DNA from: Planctomycetota bacterium
GTDB taxonomy: Bacteria; Planctomycetota; UBA8108; SXIK01
Direction: 5' to 3'
Assembly (NCBI GenBank): GCA_965223265.1
Contig: OZ244999.1
Coordinates: 3,072,001-3,136,000 of the forward strand
DNA: 64,000 nucleotides
Position 1 is the stretch's first letter. Every line of letters starts with the position of its first letter. Both the position numbers and the translations under genes were made by a program. Positions 48,231 through 58,064 of the stretch are shown in pieces. The notes under the pieces were generated by a model. The model searched no databases. It was not told where the DNA came from and saw nothing but the letters and a program-made list of their open reading frames with translations.

Positions 48231-50528
48231 CTACCAATCTTTGACTGCTGTACGCCCGGAGGAGCCAGAGAAGATCTTCGCCTCTTGCTCGCGGCGCTCT
48301 TGGTCCATCCGCTCCCGCTCTTCGCGCGCCTGGCTGACGTTCACTTGCTGGAGATTTTGCTGCTCCTGCCGCTGGTCTTGAGGCTCTTGACTTCGCTGGT
48401 CTTGATTCTGCTGTTGCTCGTTTGGGTCTTGACCGTCTTGATTCTGGTCTTGCCCGCTCAAGATCGCCAGGGCTTCGTGAAATGCCGCGATGTCGCGTTC
48501 GATCGCTTCACCGGCTTCTTGGGTAAGGCCGCGGTCGAGGGCCTCAGCGGACGCAAAGACGGCCTGCTCGCCTTCTGTCATCTTCGGCAGCGCCTTCTGA
48601 GCTCTTTCGTCCTGGCGTTCCTTCAGCTCGGCTGCGATCTTGCCCGCCTCAGCTCCATCGCTTCGCTGGGAAGCGCCGAGGGCCGCGCTCGCCGCTTCCT
48701 TGGGCTCGCCGGCGAGGTCTTGAATCCCGGCCGCAGACGTCTCCGCTTCGGTTTGCCGAACGAGGAGGTCGCGCAGGCGTTCCTCCAGGCTCTTGGGTGG
48801 TTTGGGGAGGAGATCTTCGGCCTGGCGGAGTGCCTCGAGCGCTCGCTCTTCTGCTACCCGCGCAGCGTCGAGTCGTGCCGAACGCAGAGCGTCGAGTGCC
48901 TCCGTCGCTGCCGTGAGCGCTTCAGCGCCTGCGGCCCGCAGTTTTTCACTCAGTTCCTTTGCTGCCGCTTCATCGAGCCCGGCGGTCGGCGCGCCGTGAG
49001 GATCTGGATGGTTGCCACCGGGGTGTCCGAGAGGTGCGCCACCGCTGGTGGCCGCCGCCGGCGTCGGCGGCACCTCGGCGCGTGAGATCAAGGCTGCGGC
49101 CCAAATGACCTCTTCCTGATCGTCCGCGAGAGTGCGCGCGAGTGTCTTGGTGTGCGGGTTGAGGTGGCGAGCGATCGGCTGCAGCACCTTGTCTTTGAGT
49201 GCGCCGAGAAGGGCCTTGCCTGCCCCGAGCGCTTGGTCGGCGAGACTCGTCGACGAGTCGATAGCAGCGTCGCCAGATTTCTCGTCGCCGTCGCCCTTCG
49301 GCGGCGCGGAACCGTCGCCTGAGGCGCTTCCGGCGGTCTCTTCATTCTCCCCAAGAATCTGCCGTGTTGACTCGAGAATCGCTTCCTCGAACGCAATGCC
49401 CTCGGCGATGATCTCTGGGAGGTGGACGGGGAACGCGAGCAGCGTTTGCCGCAGGGAGCGGATCGCCTCGGTGTGGCGGCCCACGGCTTTCTCGATCGCC
49501 AGCTCGGCATAGTCCGCCTCAGCGTTCTTCATGGCTTCGATCGCCTCCGCCAGCGTCTTCGCGGCGGCTTGGAGCTGCTCGGGGGCGGGGGACTCCGGGG
49601 GGGGCGGCGGCGGCGTCGTGCCGCCTGCTGGAGCCGGAGTCGAGGCGGAGTTTGCCGCCTTGGAGGCCTCTTCGAGTTCTACCTTGAGGCGGTGAGCGAG
49701 CTTTTCGGCGAGGGCGCGGTTTGCCTCCTCCGCTTTGCGAAGCTGTCGCGATGGAATGCGTCGCCGCCGCGGCGGTGCGTCCTCGAGTCCGCGGCCGAGA
49801 GCGCGATGCTGTCGCTCCGCGGCGATCAGGCGTCGAATCAGCTGCGGCGGTGACTTGAGTGCTTCGTCCTCTTCGCGCTCGCGCTTTTCCTCTTCAAGTT
49901 TGGCGATGCGGTCGAGTACTGATTTCAGCGCGGTCTTTGCTACGCCGAGATTGAAGTCCGATGCCTCCGTCGACGGCTCCACCTTGCGAAAGAACGAGAT
50001 CGAGCTGCGGAGGCTTTTCGCCGCCTCTGCGAGCTTTTTCACGGTCGCATCGAAATCTGCGGTGGAATCCATTTCCGACGCTTCTTCGAAAGCGGCTTTA
50101 CCGTCCCCAAAGTGCGTCCAGCCGAGGTTGTAGTGGGCGGCCTGCTGCAGCTCGCCTCGGGCCCGCGTGGCGACGTCTTCGAAGCGCTCCGTCGCTTTGG
50201 ATCGATCTCCCTGCCGAAGCCAACTGACCCCGGCGTTGAAGCGACGTGTGAGGAGATCGTTGGAAGGCGTTGCGGCCTCGTAGCTCTCAATGGCTGCAGC
50301 AAACTCTCCCGCTTCGAATGCATCGTTTCCTTGGCGGAGGAAATCGCTGGCGTCGACGGCGGTACACAGAAAGCCGATACCGCACGTCAGAGCGACTACG
50401 GGCAGCGCCGCCAACGGATTCGCCAGCGTCGCGGTGCAGCGCTGATCGAGCCGTTCGGGCTGCATCAGCGCACTTCGTTTGCTGGTGGCGCGAAAGTTTC
50501 TGCGGTCGAGAGAACTCGTCGGTGTCAT
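48231..50528 (-). CDS. Extended BatC-like TPR/coiled-coil protein
   Basis: N-terminal TPRs (GNDAFEAG, AHYNLG), long helical repeats, Q/D-rich linker, terminal KDW. Confidence 0.72.
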   Translation of the reverse strand: MTPTSSLDRRNFRATSKRSALMQPERLDQRCTATLANPLAALPVVALTCGIGFLCTAVDASDFLRQGNDAFEAGEFAAAIESYEAATPSNDLLTRRFNAGVSWLRQGDRSKATERFEDVATRARGELQQAAHYNLGWTHFGDGKAAFEEASEMDSTADFDATVKKLAEAAKSLRSSISFFRKVEPSTEASDFNLGVAKTALKSVLDRIAKLEEEKREREEDEALKSPPQLIRRLIAAERQHRALGRGLEDAPPRRRRIPSRQLRKAEEANRALAEKLAHRLKVELEEASKAANSASTPAPAGGTTPPPPPPESPAPEQLQAAAKTLAEAIEAMKNAEADYAELAIEKAVGRHTEAIRSLRQTLLAFPVHLPEIIAEGIAFEEAILESTRQILGENEETAGSASGDGSAPPKGDGDEKSGDAAIDSSTSLADQALGAGKALLGALKDKVLQPIARHLNPHTKTLARTLADDQEEVIWAAALISRAEVPPTPAAATSGGAPLGHPGGNHPDPHGAPTAGLDEAAAKELSEKLRAAGAEALTAATEALDALRSARLDAARVAEERALEALRQAEDLLPKPPKSLEERLRDLLVRQTEAETSAAGIQDLAGEPKEAASAALGASQRSDGAEAGKIAAELKERQDERAQKALPKMTEGEQAVFASAEALDRGLTQEAGEAIERDIAAFHEALAILSGQDQNQDGQDPNEQQQNQDQRSQEPQDQRQEQQNLQQVNVSQAREERERMDQERREQEAKIFSGSSGRTAVKDW

Positions 50529-51652
50529 GGCGTCGACTCCACTGACTCGAGTGCGAGTTGTCCTTTCTTCGGACGTTCAGGCAGCGTCACGGCGAGAACG
50601 TACAGCACTAGACCGGCCAAAAGAAAAGGCTGAAAAATCTCGGTCCAGAACACTCTCTTCTCGGTCACTTCGTCCCGGGTGTTGGGCGCAATCCGTTGAT
50701 CATAGAATTCTACCAGGCTGAAGTGCTGCGTGCCGACGGGCAGGAAGACACCGCGGGGTGCTGCGTTCGTCATCTCGATGAGTGTCTTTGCATCGAGTTT
50801 CGACTGGACGACGTTCCCGTCGCGATCCTTGACGTATTCGACGTTGCCATCCGGCGTCTGAATGGCGATCGGGGAGCCTGTCTCACTGCCTAGTCCAATC
50901 GTGTAGAGGCCGACGTTGAGAGCGGCGGCGTGCTCTGCTGCACGCACTGGATAGGAACCGTGGTCTTCGCCATCGGTGATCAAAAGCAGGTCGGCGAATG
51001 ACTCCTTGCGGCCTCTCAGCTCTTCCTCCATCACACGGTCACCGACGCCCGGCTCAGCGTCGGCGGGAGACTCGTCGGCTTCGAGCCCCAAGAGATCGTC
51101 AGTCGCCTTGCGGATGGCGTCACCGATGTTGGTCCCTCCTGCGGAAGCACTCGTCGTGTCGATGGTTCTCAGTACACTCTTGAAGTAGGTGAAGTTTCGC
51201 GTCAGAGGGCACTTGATGACCGCGTCACCAGCGAAGACCACGAGGCCGACGCGATCGCCCTGAAGGTGATCGACAAGGCGAGAGATCTCGTCCTTGGCAC
51301 GCTCGAGGCGACTTGGCTGTAGATCGGTCGCGAGCATCGACCGGGACACGTCGAGGAGAATCGCGACGTCTCGCGAGCTCGTCCTATACTGCTGCTCTTC
51401 CGGGTTGCACCGCGGCTGGACCGCCGCGGCAGTCAGCAACACGATCGCGAACGCGAAGGCGATCGCCCGTCGCCAGCGTCGACGCCCCAGCGATTTGAGC
51501 CAGAGCTCTGTACGCACTCGGTCGTATCCGAAGATCGTCAGAACGTGCCGACGCCGCGCGATGCCCCAACCGCAAAGCACGAGAACCAGCGGCGCGGCCC
51601 ACACCAGGTGGACCCACGGAACGAGTGCTGGAAGGTCAAACTGCTCAAACAT
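50525..51652 (-). CDS. batB: VWA-domain protein BatB
   Basis: LDVSRSM MIDAS motif, PSRLERAK, CPLT, GTNIGDAI, ITDGEDH; flanking TMs. Confidence 0.85.
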   Translation of the reverse strand: MFEQFDLPALVPWVHLVWAAPLVLVLCGWGIARRRHVLTIFGYDRVRTELWLKSLGRRRWRRAIAFAFAIVLLTAAAVQPRCNPEEQQYRTSSRDVAILLDVSRSMLATDLQPSRLERAKDEISRLVDHLQGDRVGLVVFAGDAVIKCPLTRNFTYFKSVLRTIDTTSASAGGTNIGDAIRKATDDLLGLEADESPADAEPGVGDRVMEEELRGRKESFADLLLITDGEDHGSYPVRAAEHAAALNVGLYTIGLGSETGSPIAIQTPDGNVEYVKDRDGNVVQSKLDAKTLIEMTNAAPRGVFLPVGTQHFSLVEFYDQRIAPNTRDEVTEKRVFWTEIFQPFLLAGLVLYVLAVTLPERPKKGQLALESVESTP

Positions 51653-51691
51653 GTCGAAAGGTCTACGTCTAGAGTCGAGGTCAACAAGCGA

Positions 51692-52846
51692 CTATGGGAT
51701 CTGGCGCAAAAATGTCTCCCCGAGAAAGATGGCGACGAGCGCACAGACGAAACCAGGGATCAGAAACCAGCGGTACTTCTCGTGGTAGCTGCGAAACTGA
51801 ATGGTGCCAACATCCGATTTCTCGATCGCATCAATCTCGGCGTAAATCTCTTCAAGTTCCGCGCCGCTGCGCGCGAGAAATGCACGACCGCCAGATGGCT
51901 CGACCACCTGGCGCGGCACTGCTAAAAGCTCGTCCTCGGTGTACTCCCGCACGACGCGACGACCGAAGAACCCTTCGGCCTCGTCGTAGGGATCGCGAAA
52001 GACCACGTAGTAGATCCGGATGTCACTTTCGGCCGCGAATTTCCCCGCTTCGATTGGGTCGCGCCCGGCGTTGTTTTCTCCGTCGGTCAGAACGATGAGC
52101 ACCTTGCCGGTGATGCGATAGCTGCTTTGGTCCGAGATCTCCGTGTCGAGCGAGGTCTCCTGGGCAAGATCATCCTCAGCCGAGATGAGCGCCAACGCCG
52201 CGCGATACAGGCCATCACCGATGGCGGTCGCGTTGAGCGGGTTCTCGCGCAGGCGCGCACCACGACTGCGGGCTTTCTGGATGTCGCGAACGGGGGCGCT
52301 GTACTCGTCGAGCGCTGGTGCCACTGTACGCAGGTTTTCTACGGCAGTGAGCAGGGGCTCGTGCTCGGAGACGAGGGGACAGTTTTCTTCGGTGTAGCGG
52401 GCGAACGTCGTCAAACCGATGAGGTCTGTAGTGCGACCTTTGAGGCGATCGCTGCCGCCGACGAATTGCGAGAAAACATCCTTAACGATGTCGATGCGCT
52501 TTGGCCTGCGGTTGTCATGCTGCATCGTTTCTTCCATCGAACCGGAGCGATCGAGCACCATTTGAATGGCGATGCCCTGATTGCGGACGACCGTGTAGGC
52601 GTCGCCTTGCCGCGGCCGAGCGATCGCTAAAACAAACGCGACGATCGCAGCGGTTTGGAGCAGCGGCAAGAGAATCCGGAGCCGCTGTCGAAGGGTCGGC
52701 CTCACGCCCTTGAATCGTGCCACACTTGGAAAGACGATCGCCGCCTGTCCGCGGTGACGGCGGTATCGGAGAAAGAGCATGAGCAGTGCGGGCACTGCCA
52801 GCAAGAGGAGCCACGGGTTTTCGAACTCAAACCGATTGAACTGCAT
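51692..52846 (-). CDS. batA: VWA-domain protein BatA
   Basis: FENPWLLLL N-terminus, ARPR, LDRSGSM MIDAS motif, TAIGDG, LTDGENNAG, IYAEIDAIEK. Confidence 0.88.
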   Translation of the reverse strand: MQFNRFEFENPWLLLLAVPALLMLFLRYRRHRGQAAIVFPSVARFKGVRPTLRQRLRILLPLLQTAAIVAFVLAIARPRQGDAYTVVRNQGIAIQMVLDRSGSMEETMQHDNRRPKRIDIVKDVFSQFVGGSDRLKGRTTDLIGLTTFARYTEENCPLVSEHEPLLTAVENLRTVAPALDEYSAPVRDIQKARSRGARLRENPLNATAIGDGLYRAALALISAEDDLAQETSLDTEISDQSSYRITGKVLIVLTDGENNAGRDPIEAGKFAAESDIRIYYVVFRDPYDEAEGFFGRRVVREYTEDELLAVPRQVVEPSGGRAFLARSGAELEEIYAEIDAIEKSDVGTIQFRSYHEKYRWFLIPGFVCALVAIFLGETFLRQIP

Positions 52847-53927
52847 CCCGACTGGTCTCACTCAAGAATTGTTTCACGACATCGAATGCTTGTTGTATGG
52901 ACGCCGCGTCAGGTTCGTAGCGGGCAAACTTGACCCGATCGGAGACGCGCAGAAAATCCTCGAGGCGGGCGCGATGTTGCCCTAAAGAAGGATGGAGCGA
53001 AGCCTCACGCATGAACTCTTCCGTCGTCCGCTCAGGCGCCCGCACCGCGAAGCGGTTTTCGATGTACTCCCGCAAGATGCTCGAAAGGTAGACGAAGAAG
53101 CGTTCGATCTCACCTTTCTCTATGAGCCCGAGAGCAACGAGACGGCGGAGCGCATCAAAGGCGATCTCTTGCGGAGGTGTCGGCGGAAGCGCCTTCGGCC
53201 CGCCGCGACCACGCAACTTGAGCCAAATCGCTGCGCCCGCCGTCGCAGCGAGCAGCCCGGCCAGGATCCAGGCGGCTGTGTTGTCTGCGCTCTCTTCGGC
53301 GGGTGCCGTGAAGATCGACAGCGCGTCCTTGAGCGTCAAGTCGCCGACGTCAGGTGGGGCCGAGACCACGAATTTCACTTCGTCCGTCATGAACGACGAC
53401 TCGGCGTCCTCACCCGAGCGGCGGAAGTAGACGGCGAGCGGCGCGAGGTAGAGCTCTCCGCTCCAGTCAGGTTCGAGGATGAGAGTCTTTCTACGTTCGA
53501 GCGGCACGGCGTCGGACGCGGTCGAGACAGACGCTACGCTTTTCGCATCCGCCGGCGTGGGCGGTTTTTCATGTTCGATGTGGACAACGGCGAAGCCCTC
53601 GAAGTCCTCCCGCAGATACTCCGGAAAGTCGGCTTCGAATCCGGGTTCGAGCCGTAGTTCCTGCTGACAGACGATCTGGTCCGCAAGTCCGGCTTGGAGT
53701 CGATCGAAGCGCAGAATCAGAGAGACTGGGCCACCCGAAAACTCCTTCTCATAAGCCCAGCTCTGCTGAGCAGTCTTCTCAGGCACGTCGTCGCGGCTAG
53801 CGCCGCAGGCAGACGATAGCAGTGCGATGAGCAAGAGCCAACGTTGTGCCGCGGTACTGCTAGCGTCGAGGCGGACGGCGCTTCTTAGTGGGTTCTCAGA
53901 CGAAGTGAGGATCGATCGACGGCTCAT
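52827..53927 (-). CDS. Bat-operon membrane protein (DUF4381-like)
   Basis: Exported N-domain, one TM helix, LREYIENRF..APERTTEEF and DRVKFARY motifs. Confidence 0.78.
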   Translation of the reverse strand: MSRRSILTSSENPLRSAVRLDASSTAAQRWLLLIALLSSACGASRDDVPEKTAQQSWAYEKEFSGGPVSLILRFDRLQAGLADQIVCQQELRLEPGFEADFPEYLREDFEGFAVVHIEHEKPPTPADAKSVASVSTASDAVPLERRKTLILEPDWSGELYLAPLAVYFRRSGEDAESSFMTDEVKFVVSAPPDVGDLTLKDALSIFTAPAEESADNTAAWILAGLLAATAGAAIWLKLRGRGGPKALPPTPPQEIAFDALRRLVALGLIEKGEIERFFVYLSSILREYIENRFAVRAPERTTEEFMREASLHPSLGQHRARLEDFLRVSDRVKFARYEPDAASIQQAFDVVKQFLSETSRDAVQSV

Positions 53928-53946
53928 ACCTCTCCTGCGCGTCAGC

Positions 53947-55353
53947 CTATTTCGTTCCTGAGGCGTCCGTCGGTGCTGCAGGCGCCTGGGCGGCTGGGCT
54001 TTCTGCCGTGCCTGCGGCCTCGGCTGAAAGCGCCTCTTCGTTGACCTGCACGAGGAACTTTTGCCGCAAATGAGCCTCTAAAGTACCGAGGACTTCCGTC
54101 TGCTTAGCGGCGGCGAGATCGTGTAGCACGCGTTCTTTGGCCGCTTCGAAGTCGAGCTGCGCCGCGGCGGTTTTGCTTGTCACTTTGAAGATGACGAAGT
54201 TGCCGCCGTGCTCGAGTGGGCGGTCACTGACGCTCCCTTCGTTCAGCGCCAGCAGGTGTGCTGAGATCTCCGGTGCGACGCCGAAACCAGGGACCGCTCC
54301 GCCGTCACGAAGCGGCGCCGGCGCGGGTTGCCACGGGAGGGTCTCAGGGGCGGCGCTGAGAGCTGCGGTGGCGGCGGCCTCATCCGCAAACGTGGTCGAC
54401 TCGAACGTCACGCTCGCGGGCTCGACGTACGTCTCCATGTTCGCCTGGTACTGATTCTGCATGTCCGTCTCGCCGATGCTGGCCATCGCGGTGACGACTT
54501 CACGTTCAATGACCTCGCTGGCGATCGTCTCTTTGCGAAAGCGAATGACGGCCTCGCCGACCACACGATCCTGCTCGAGGCCCCGTGCGAGCCCCTCACG
54601 GTAGAGGATCTGCCTAAGAATCACCTGCTGTAGCGCTTGCCGCGCCAGGTCCGGATTCGCCAACTGCTGCTCCGCCAGATCTTCTGCTTGCTGTCGCAGC
54701 TGCGCCGGTGGTATTGGGGTACGCCGCAGCTTCAGTTGAGCTTCGATGCCGTCGGCCAACGCGGCAACGACGTCGGTGCGCGTGATCGGATCACCGCCGA
54801 CGGTTGCAACAGCCTGTGTGACCTTTGCTTGGTCGTCGTCCATGGCGTACGCGCGGGCCGTCCGCTCGCGTGCGTCCTCTTTGCCGAGAGCAGAGAGACA
54901 CTCGAGAAGGCTCTGTCGGGCGCGACGCTTGAGATCTCGATCGAGAGGGAGCGACTGAACCTCGCTGAAGCGACGTGCCGCTTCGTCGTAGTCGCCGCCG
55001 GCCTGAAGACACTTTCCGCGTCGATAGAGGACTCTGGCACGCTCTTCCTCGTTCAGATCGGTGGCCTCGTCAAGGTACTCGCCCCAAACGCGATCGGCGG
55101 CGAGATAGAGGGTCTGCCCATAGAGATCCTCAGCAAGTTTTTCCAGGCGCGCAGCGGACTCGACCTGCGGTTTCGCGTCAGTCTCGGAAGACGAAGGCTC
55201 TGACGGGCGCAGAAGCAGAACGATCACCCCGACAAGGAGAATGACCGTCAACCAGGACAGTGCGCCGGCAAGACGCTGCGGTCGTTTGGGTGCTTCGGGC
55301 AAGGAAAAGTCGAGCGAACTCGAAGTGCCTGAAGCGTTCGGCGGGCTTGGCAT
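53947..55353 (-). CDS. Membrane-anchored TPR plus SurA/PpiD-like chaperone with degenerate parvulin domain
   Basis: TM helix, TPRs, VATVGGDPIT, YQAN..Y.EP, GSVSDRPLE and FEAAKERV motifs. Confidence 0.75.
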   Translation of the reverse strand: MPSPPNASGTSSSLDFSLPEAPKRPQRLAGALSWLTVILLVGVIVLLLRPSEPSSSETDAKPQVESAARLEKLAEDLYGQTLYLAADRVWGEYLDEATDLNEEERARVLYRRGKCLQAGGDYDEAARRFSEVQSLPLDRDLKRRARQSLLECLSALGKEDARERTARAYAMDDDQAKVTQAVATVGGDPITRTDVVAALADGIEAQLKLRRTPIPPAQLRQQAEDLAEQQLANPDLARQALQQVILRQILYREGLARGLEQDRVVGEAVIRFRKETIASEVIEREVVTAMASIGETDMQNQYQANMETYVEPASVTFESTTFADEAAATAALSAAPETLPWQPAPAPLRDGGAVPGFGVAPEISAHLLALNEGSVSDRPLEHGGNFVIFKVTSKTAAAQLDFEAAKERVLHDLAAAKQTEVLGTLEAHLRQKFLVQVNEEALSAEAAGTAESPAAQAPAAPTDASGTK

Positions 55354-55359
55354 GGCAGG

Positions 55360-56241
55360 TCACCTGAACATCTTCTTTTCGCGCATTTTGAAGAAGTGAG
55401 ACAACTCCTTGATGTAGGACTTCCCGGTCGTGATCTCCAGCTCGTCGATCTTGAGGGAGCGGAGAAGCTCATCTTGAGCACCCCGCTCCTTCTCGCTGCG
55501 ATTCTGAAACGTGTCGCGCACGCGCGCGCTTCGTGAATCGACAACCACGACTTCCCCCGTCTCCGCATCTTCCAGAGTGATGAGGCCGACGTTCGGCAAC
55601 TCGGACTCGCGACGGTCGGTCGTGCGCACGGCGATGACGTCGTGCTTGCTGCGCACCGCAGCGAGCGCTCTTTCGAAGTCCGTCGCGATGAAATCGGAGA
55701 TCAGAAAGATCGTCGCTCGTCGTCGCAACACGCGCGCCAGAAAGCCGAGCGCCTCCTCGACGTTTGTGCCGCGAGACTTCGGTCGAAACGTCAGGAGCTC
55801 ACGGATGACGCGGAGCACGTGTTTCTTTCCCTTTTTGGGGGGCACGTACTTCTCTACCTGATCGGTGAAAAACACCGTTCCGACCTTGTCGCCGTTACGA
55901 ATCGCGGAGAACGAGATGACGGCGCTGAATTCGGCCGCCAGCTCAACTTTCTGCTGGGCTCCACTCCCAAAGCGCTCGGAGGGACTCACGTCCACCATGG
56001 TCATCACCGTGAGCTCGCGTTCTTCGCGGTAGGACTTGACGAATGGTGTCCCGGCGCGAGCCGTCACGTTCCAGTCGATCGTTCGCACCTCGTCGCCGGG
56101 TTGGTACTCGCGGACCTCTTCGAACTCCATGCCGCGGCCGCGAAAGGCGGAGTTGTACTCGCCGCCGAGAGCGCTATCCACCAGGCGATTCGTTCGGATC
56201 TCGATCTGCCGGACCTTGCGCAAGATCTCCTTCGGGATCAT
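55360..56241 (-). CDS. DUF58 domain protein
   Basis: GMEFEEVREYQPGD.R.IDWNVTAR, EEREL and LISDF motifs. Confidence 0.93.
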   Translation of the reverse strand: MIPKEILRKVRQIEIRTNRLVDSALGGEYNSAFRGRGMEFEEVREYQPGDEVRTIDWNVTARAGTPFVKSYREERELTVMTMVDVSPSERFGSGAQQKVELAAEFSAVISFSAIRNGDKVGTVFFTDQVEKYVPPKKGKKHVLRVIRELLTFRPKSRGTNVEEALGFLARVLRRRATIFLISDFIATDFERALAAVRSKHDVIAVRTTDRRESELPNVGLITLEDAETGEVVVVDSRSARVRDTFQNRSEKERGAQDELLRSLKIDELEITTGKSYIKELSHFFKMREKKMFR

Positions 56242-57230
56242 GGCACCCGGACCCCGTCCAGCACCTTCTGCACGACGTCTTCTGGAGTCATCTCTTCGGC
56301 CTCGGCCTCGTAAGTGAGAAGAACGCGGTGGCGGAGGACGTCCAGCGCGATGTCCTTGACGTCCTGAGGTGTGACGTAGGGCCGGCCTTCCATGAAAGCG
56401 TTGCCTCGTGCCGCAACCGCCAATGACAACGTCGCGCGCGGCGACGAGCCGTATTCGATCAGATTCGCCAGATCCTGCAGCCCGAACTCCGCGGGATTTC
56501 GCGTCGCCGAGACGATGTCGACGATGTAGTCCTTGATCTTGTCGTCCATGTAGATCTCGCCAACCGTCGCGCGGACACGCACGAGGTCGTCGGGAGTGAC
56601 GACGGCTTCGACCTCAGGTGCCTTGCCGCCACCTCCCATCAGATCAAGGATCTTGCGTTCGTCTTCTTTCGCGGGGTAGTCGACCTTGACTTTGAAGAGG
56701 AAGCGATCGACCTGCGCTTCCGGAAGGGGGTAGGTGCCCTCTTGCTCGATCGGGTTTTGCGTCGCCAAAACCAAAAACAGGTCGGGAAGCGGAAACGTCT
56801 CGTCACCGATGGTCACCTGGCGCTCCTGCATGGCCTCCAGGAGGGCGCTCTGCACTTTAGCCGGGGAGCGGTTGATCTCGTCTGCCAGAACGAGGTTGGT
56901 AAAGATCGGACCCTTGCGCGTGTTGAATTCGCCGGAGTTTGGGTTGTAGATGAGCGTCCCCAAGAGGTCCGCGGGGAGCAGATCCGGAGTGAACTGGACG
57001 CGTTTGAAATCTGCGTCGATCGTCTGCGCGAGCGTGCTCACCGATAGGGTCTTGGCAAGCCCCGGGACGCCTTCGAGGAGGACGTGCCCGTTTGACAGCA
57101 TGCCGTTGACTAACGAGCGAACCAGGTGCTGTTGACCGACGACGCGTCGGCCGATTTGGGCGAAGAGGTTCTCGACGAAGGCACTCTCTTCTTCAACCCG
57201 CGCACCGATCTGCTTGACGTCTACTGACAT
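56238..57230 (-). CDS. moxR: MoxR-family AAA+ ATPase
   Basis: GVPGLAKT Walker A, QFTPDLLPAD, LADEINR, ATQNPIEQEGTYPLPEAQ; AGGAG RBS. Confidence 0.95.
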   Translation of the reverse strand: MSVDVKQIGARVEEESAFVENLFAQIGRRVVGQQHLVRSLVNGMLSNGHVLLEGVPGLAKTLSVSTLAQTIDADFKRVQFTPDLLPADLLGTLIYNPNSGEFNTRKGPIFTNLVLADEINRSPAKVQSALLEAMQERQVTIGDETFPLPDLFLVLATQNPIEQEGTYPLPEAQVDRFLFKVKVDYPAKEDERKILDLMGGGGKAPEVEAVVTPDDLVRVRATVGEIYMDDKIKDYIVDIVSATRNPAEFGLQDLANLIEYGSSPRATLSLAVAARGNAFMEGRPYVTPQDVKDIALDVLRHRVLLTYEAEAEEMTPEDVVQKVLDGVRVP

Positions 57231-57620
57231 GGGGTCTCCTTCTCTGGCGGAAGTCTTCACAGGCCTGCCCCGCAAGATCGCGCGAACCAGCGACGGATGC
57301 GATGACCTGCAAAAAACCGTTTCAGATGAGATGCCGGCGGCGATGCAGATTCGCGAGATTTTGCCGCCATGCACCCAGCGGCCCCCCGGAACTGTCGAAC
57401 CGTCCCAGACGGCTCGGCGGCGTGCAAGCCGGTGCTCACGGCGTCAGTTGACCGGCGCGACGCCCTAACCTCCCACAATGACCCTCTAAGCTTTTTGTCA
57501 ACAGGGGCTTGCGACGTCCGCCCTGGCTGCCGCATAGAGAGCGCCGCGACGTCCGAACCGTGGGTGCCGCCGCCTGCGTGTGGAAGCGGTCGCTGCAGCC
57601 CAGCCGCCAGCCGTGACGGC

Positions 57621-58064
57621 TCAGTAATCGAGCGTCAGGTCGTAAATGCGTTCCGCCGAGTCGAGCGTGAGGAGGTGCTCGCGGTTGTCTTTGAGGAATG
57701 CGGTGACGCGCGACAGCACTTTGAGGTATTCCTCCTGCCGCGAGTCCGGTCCCAGAATCATGACGAGCACGTGCACCGACTTTTCGTCGAGCGAATCGAA
57801 ATCGACGCCACTTTTATGGATGCCGAGCGCGACAACGAACTCGCCGATGCTCGAGAGCTTGGCGTGCGGAATCGCCAGTCCGAGGCCGAAGCCAGTCGAA
57901 AGAAGCCGCTCGCGCTCGAGGATGGCTTGAAAGACATTTTCCGTCTCGCCGATTTCTGCCGTCACGGCGATGTTTTCGACCATTGCGCGCAGGCAAGCCT
58001 GCTTGTCACTGTCCTCGAGCCAAAGAATGCGCTGGGGTGAGAGAAGTCGGGAGAGGGATCTCAT
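57621..58064 (-). CDS. Stand-alone PTS IIA domain protein (fructose/Ntr type)
   Basis: ERE..STG.G.GLAIPHA with phosphorylatable His; GVDFDSLD. Confidence 0.9.
   Translation of the reverse strand: MRSLSRLLSPQRILWLEDSDKQACLRAMVENIAVTAEIGETENVFQAILERERLLSTGFGLGLAIPHAKLSSIGEFVVALGIHKSGVDFDSLDEKSVHVLVMILGPDSRQEEYLKVLSRVTAFLKDNREHLLTLDSAERIYDLTLDY

Noticed and set aside
46705-48381. 558-aa plus-strand ORF
   Set aside because: Antisense shadow of batD with no motifs; long shadow ORFs are common in GC-rich DNA
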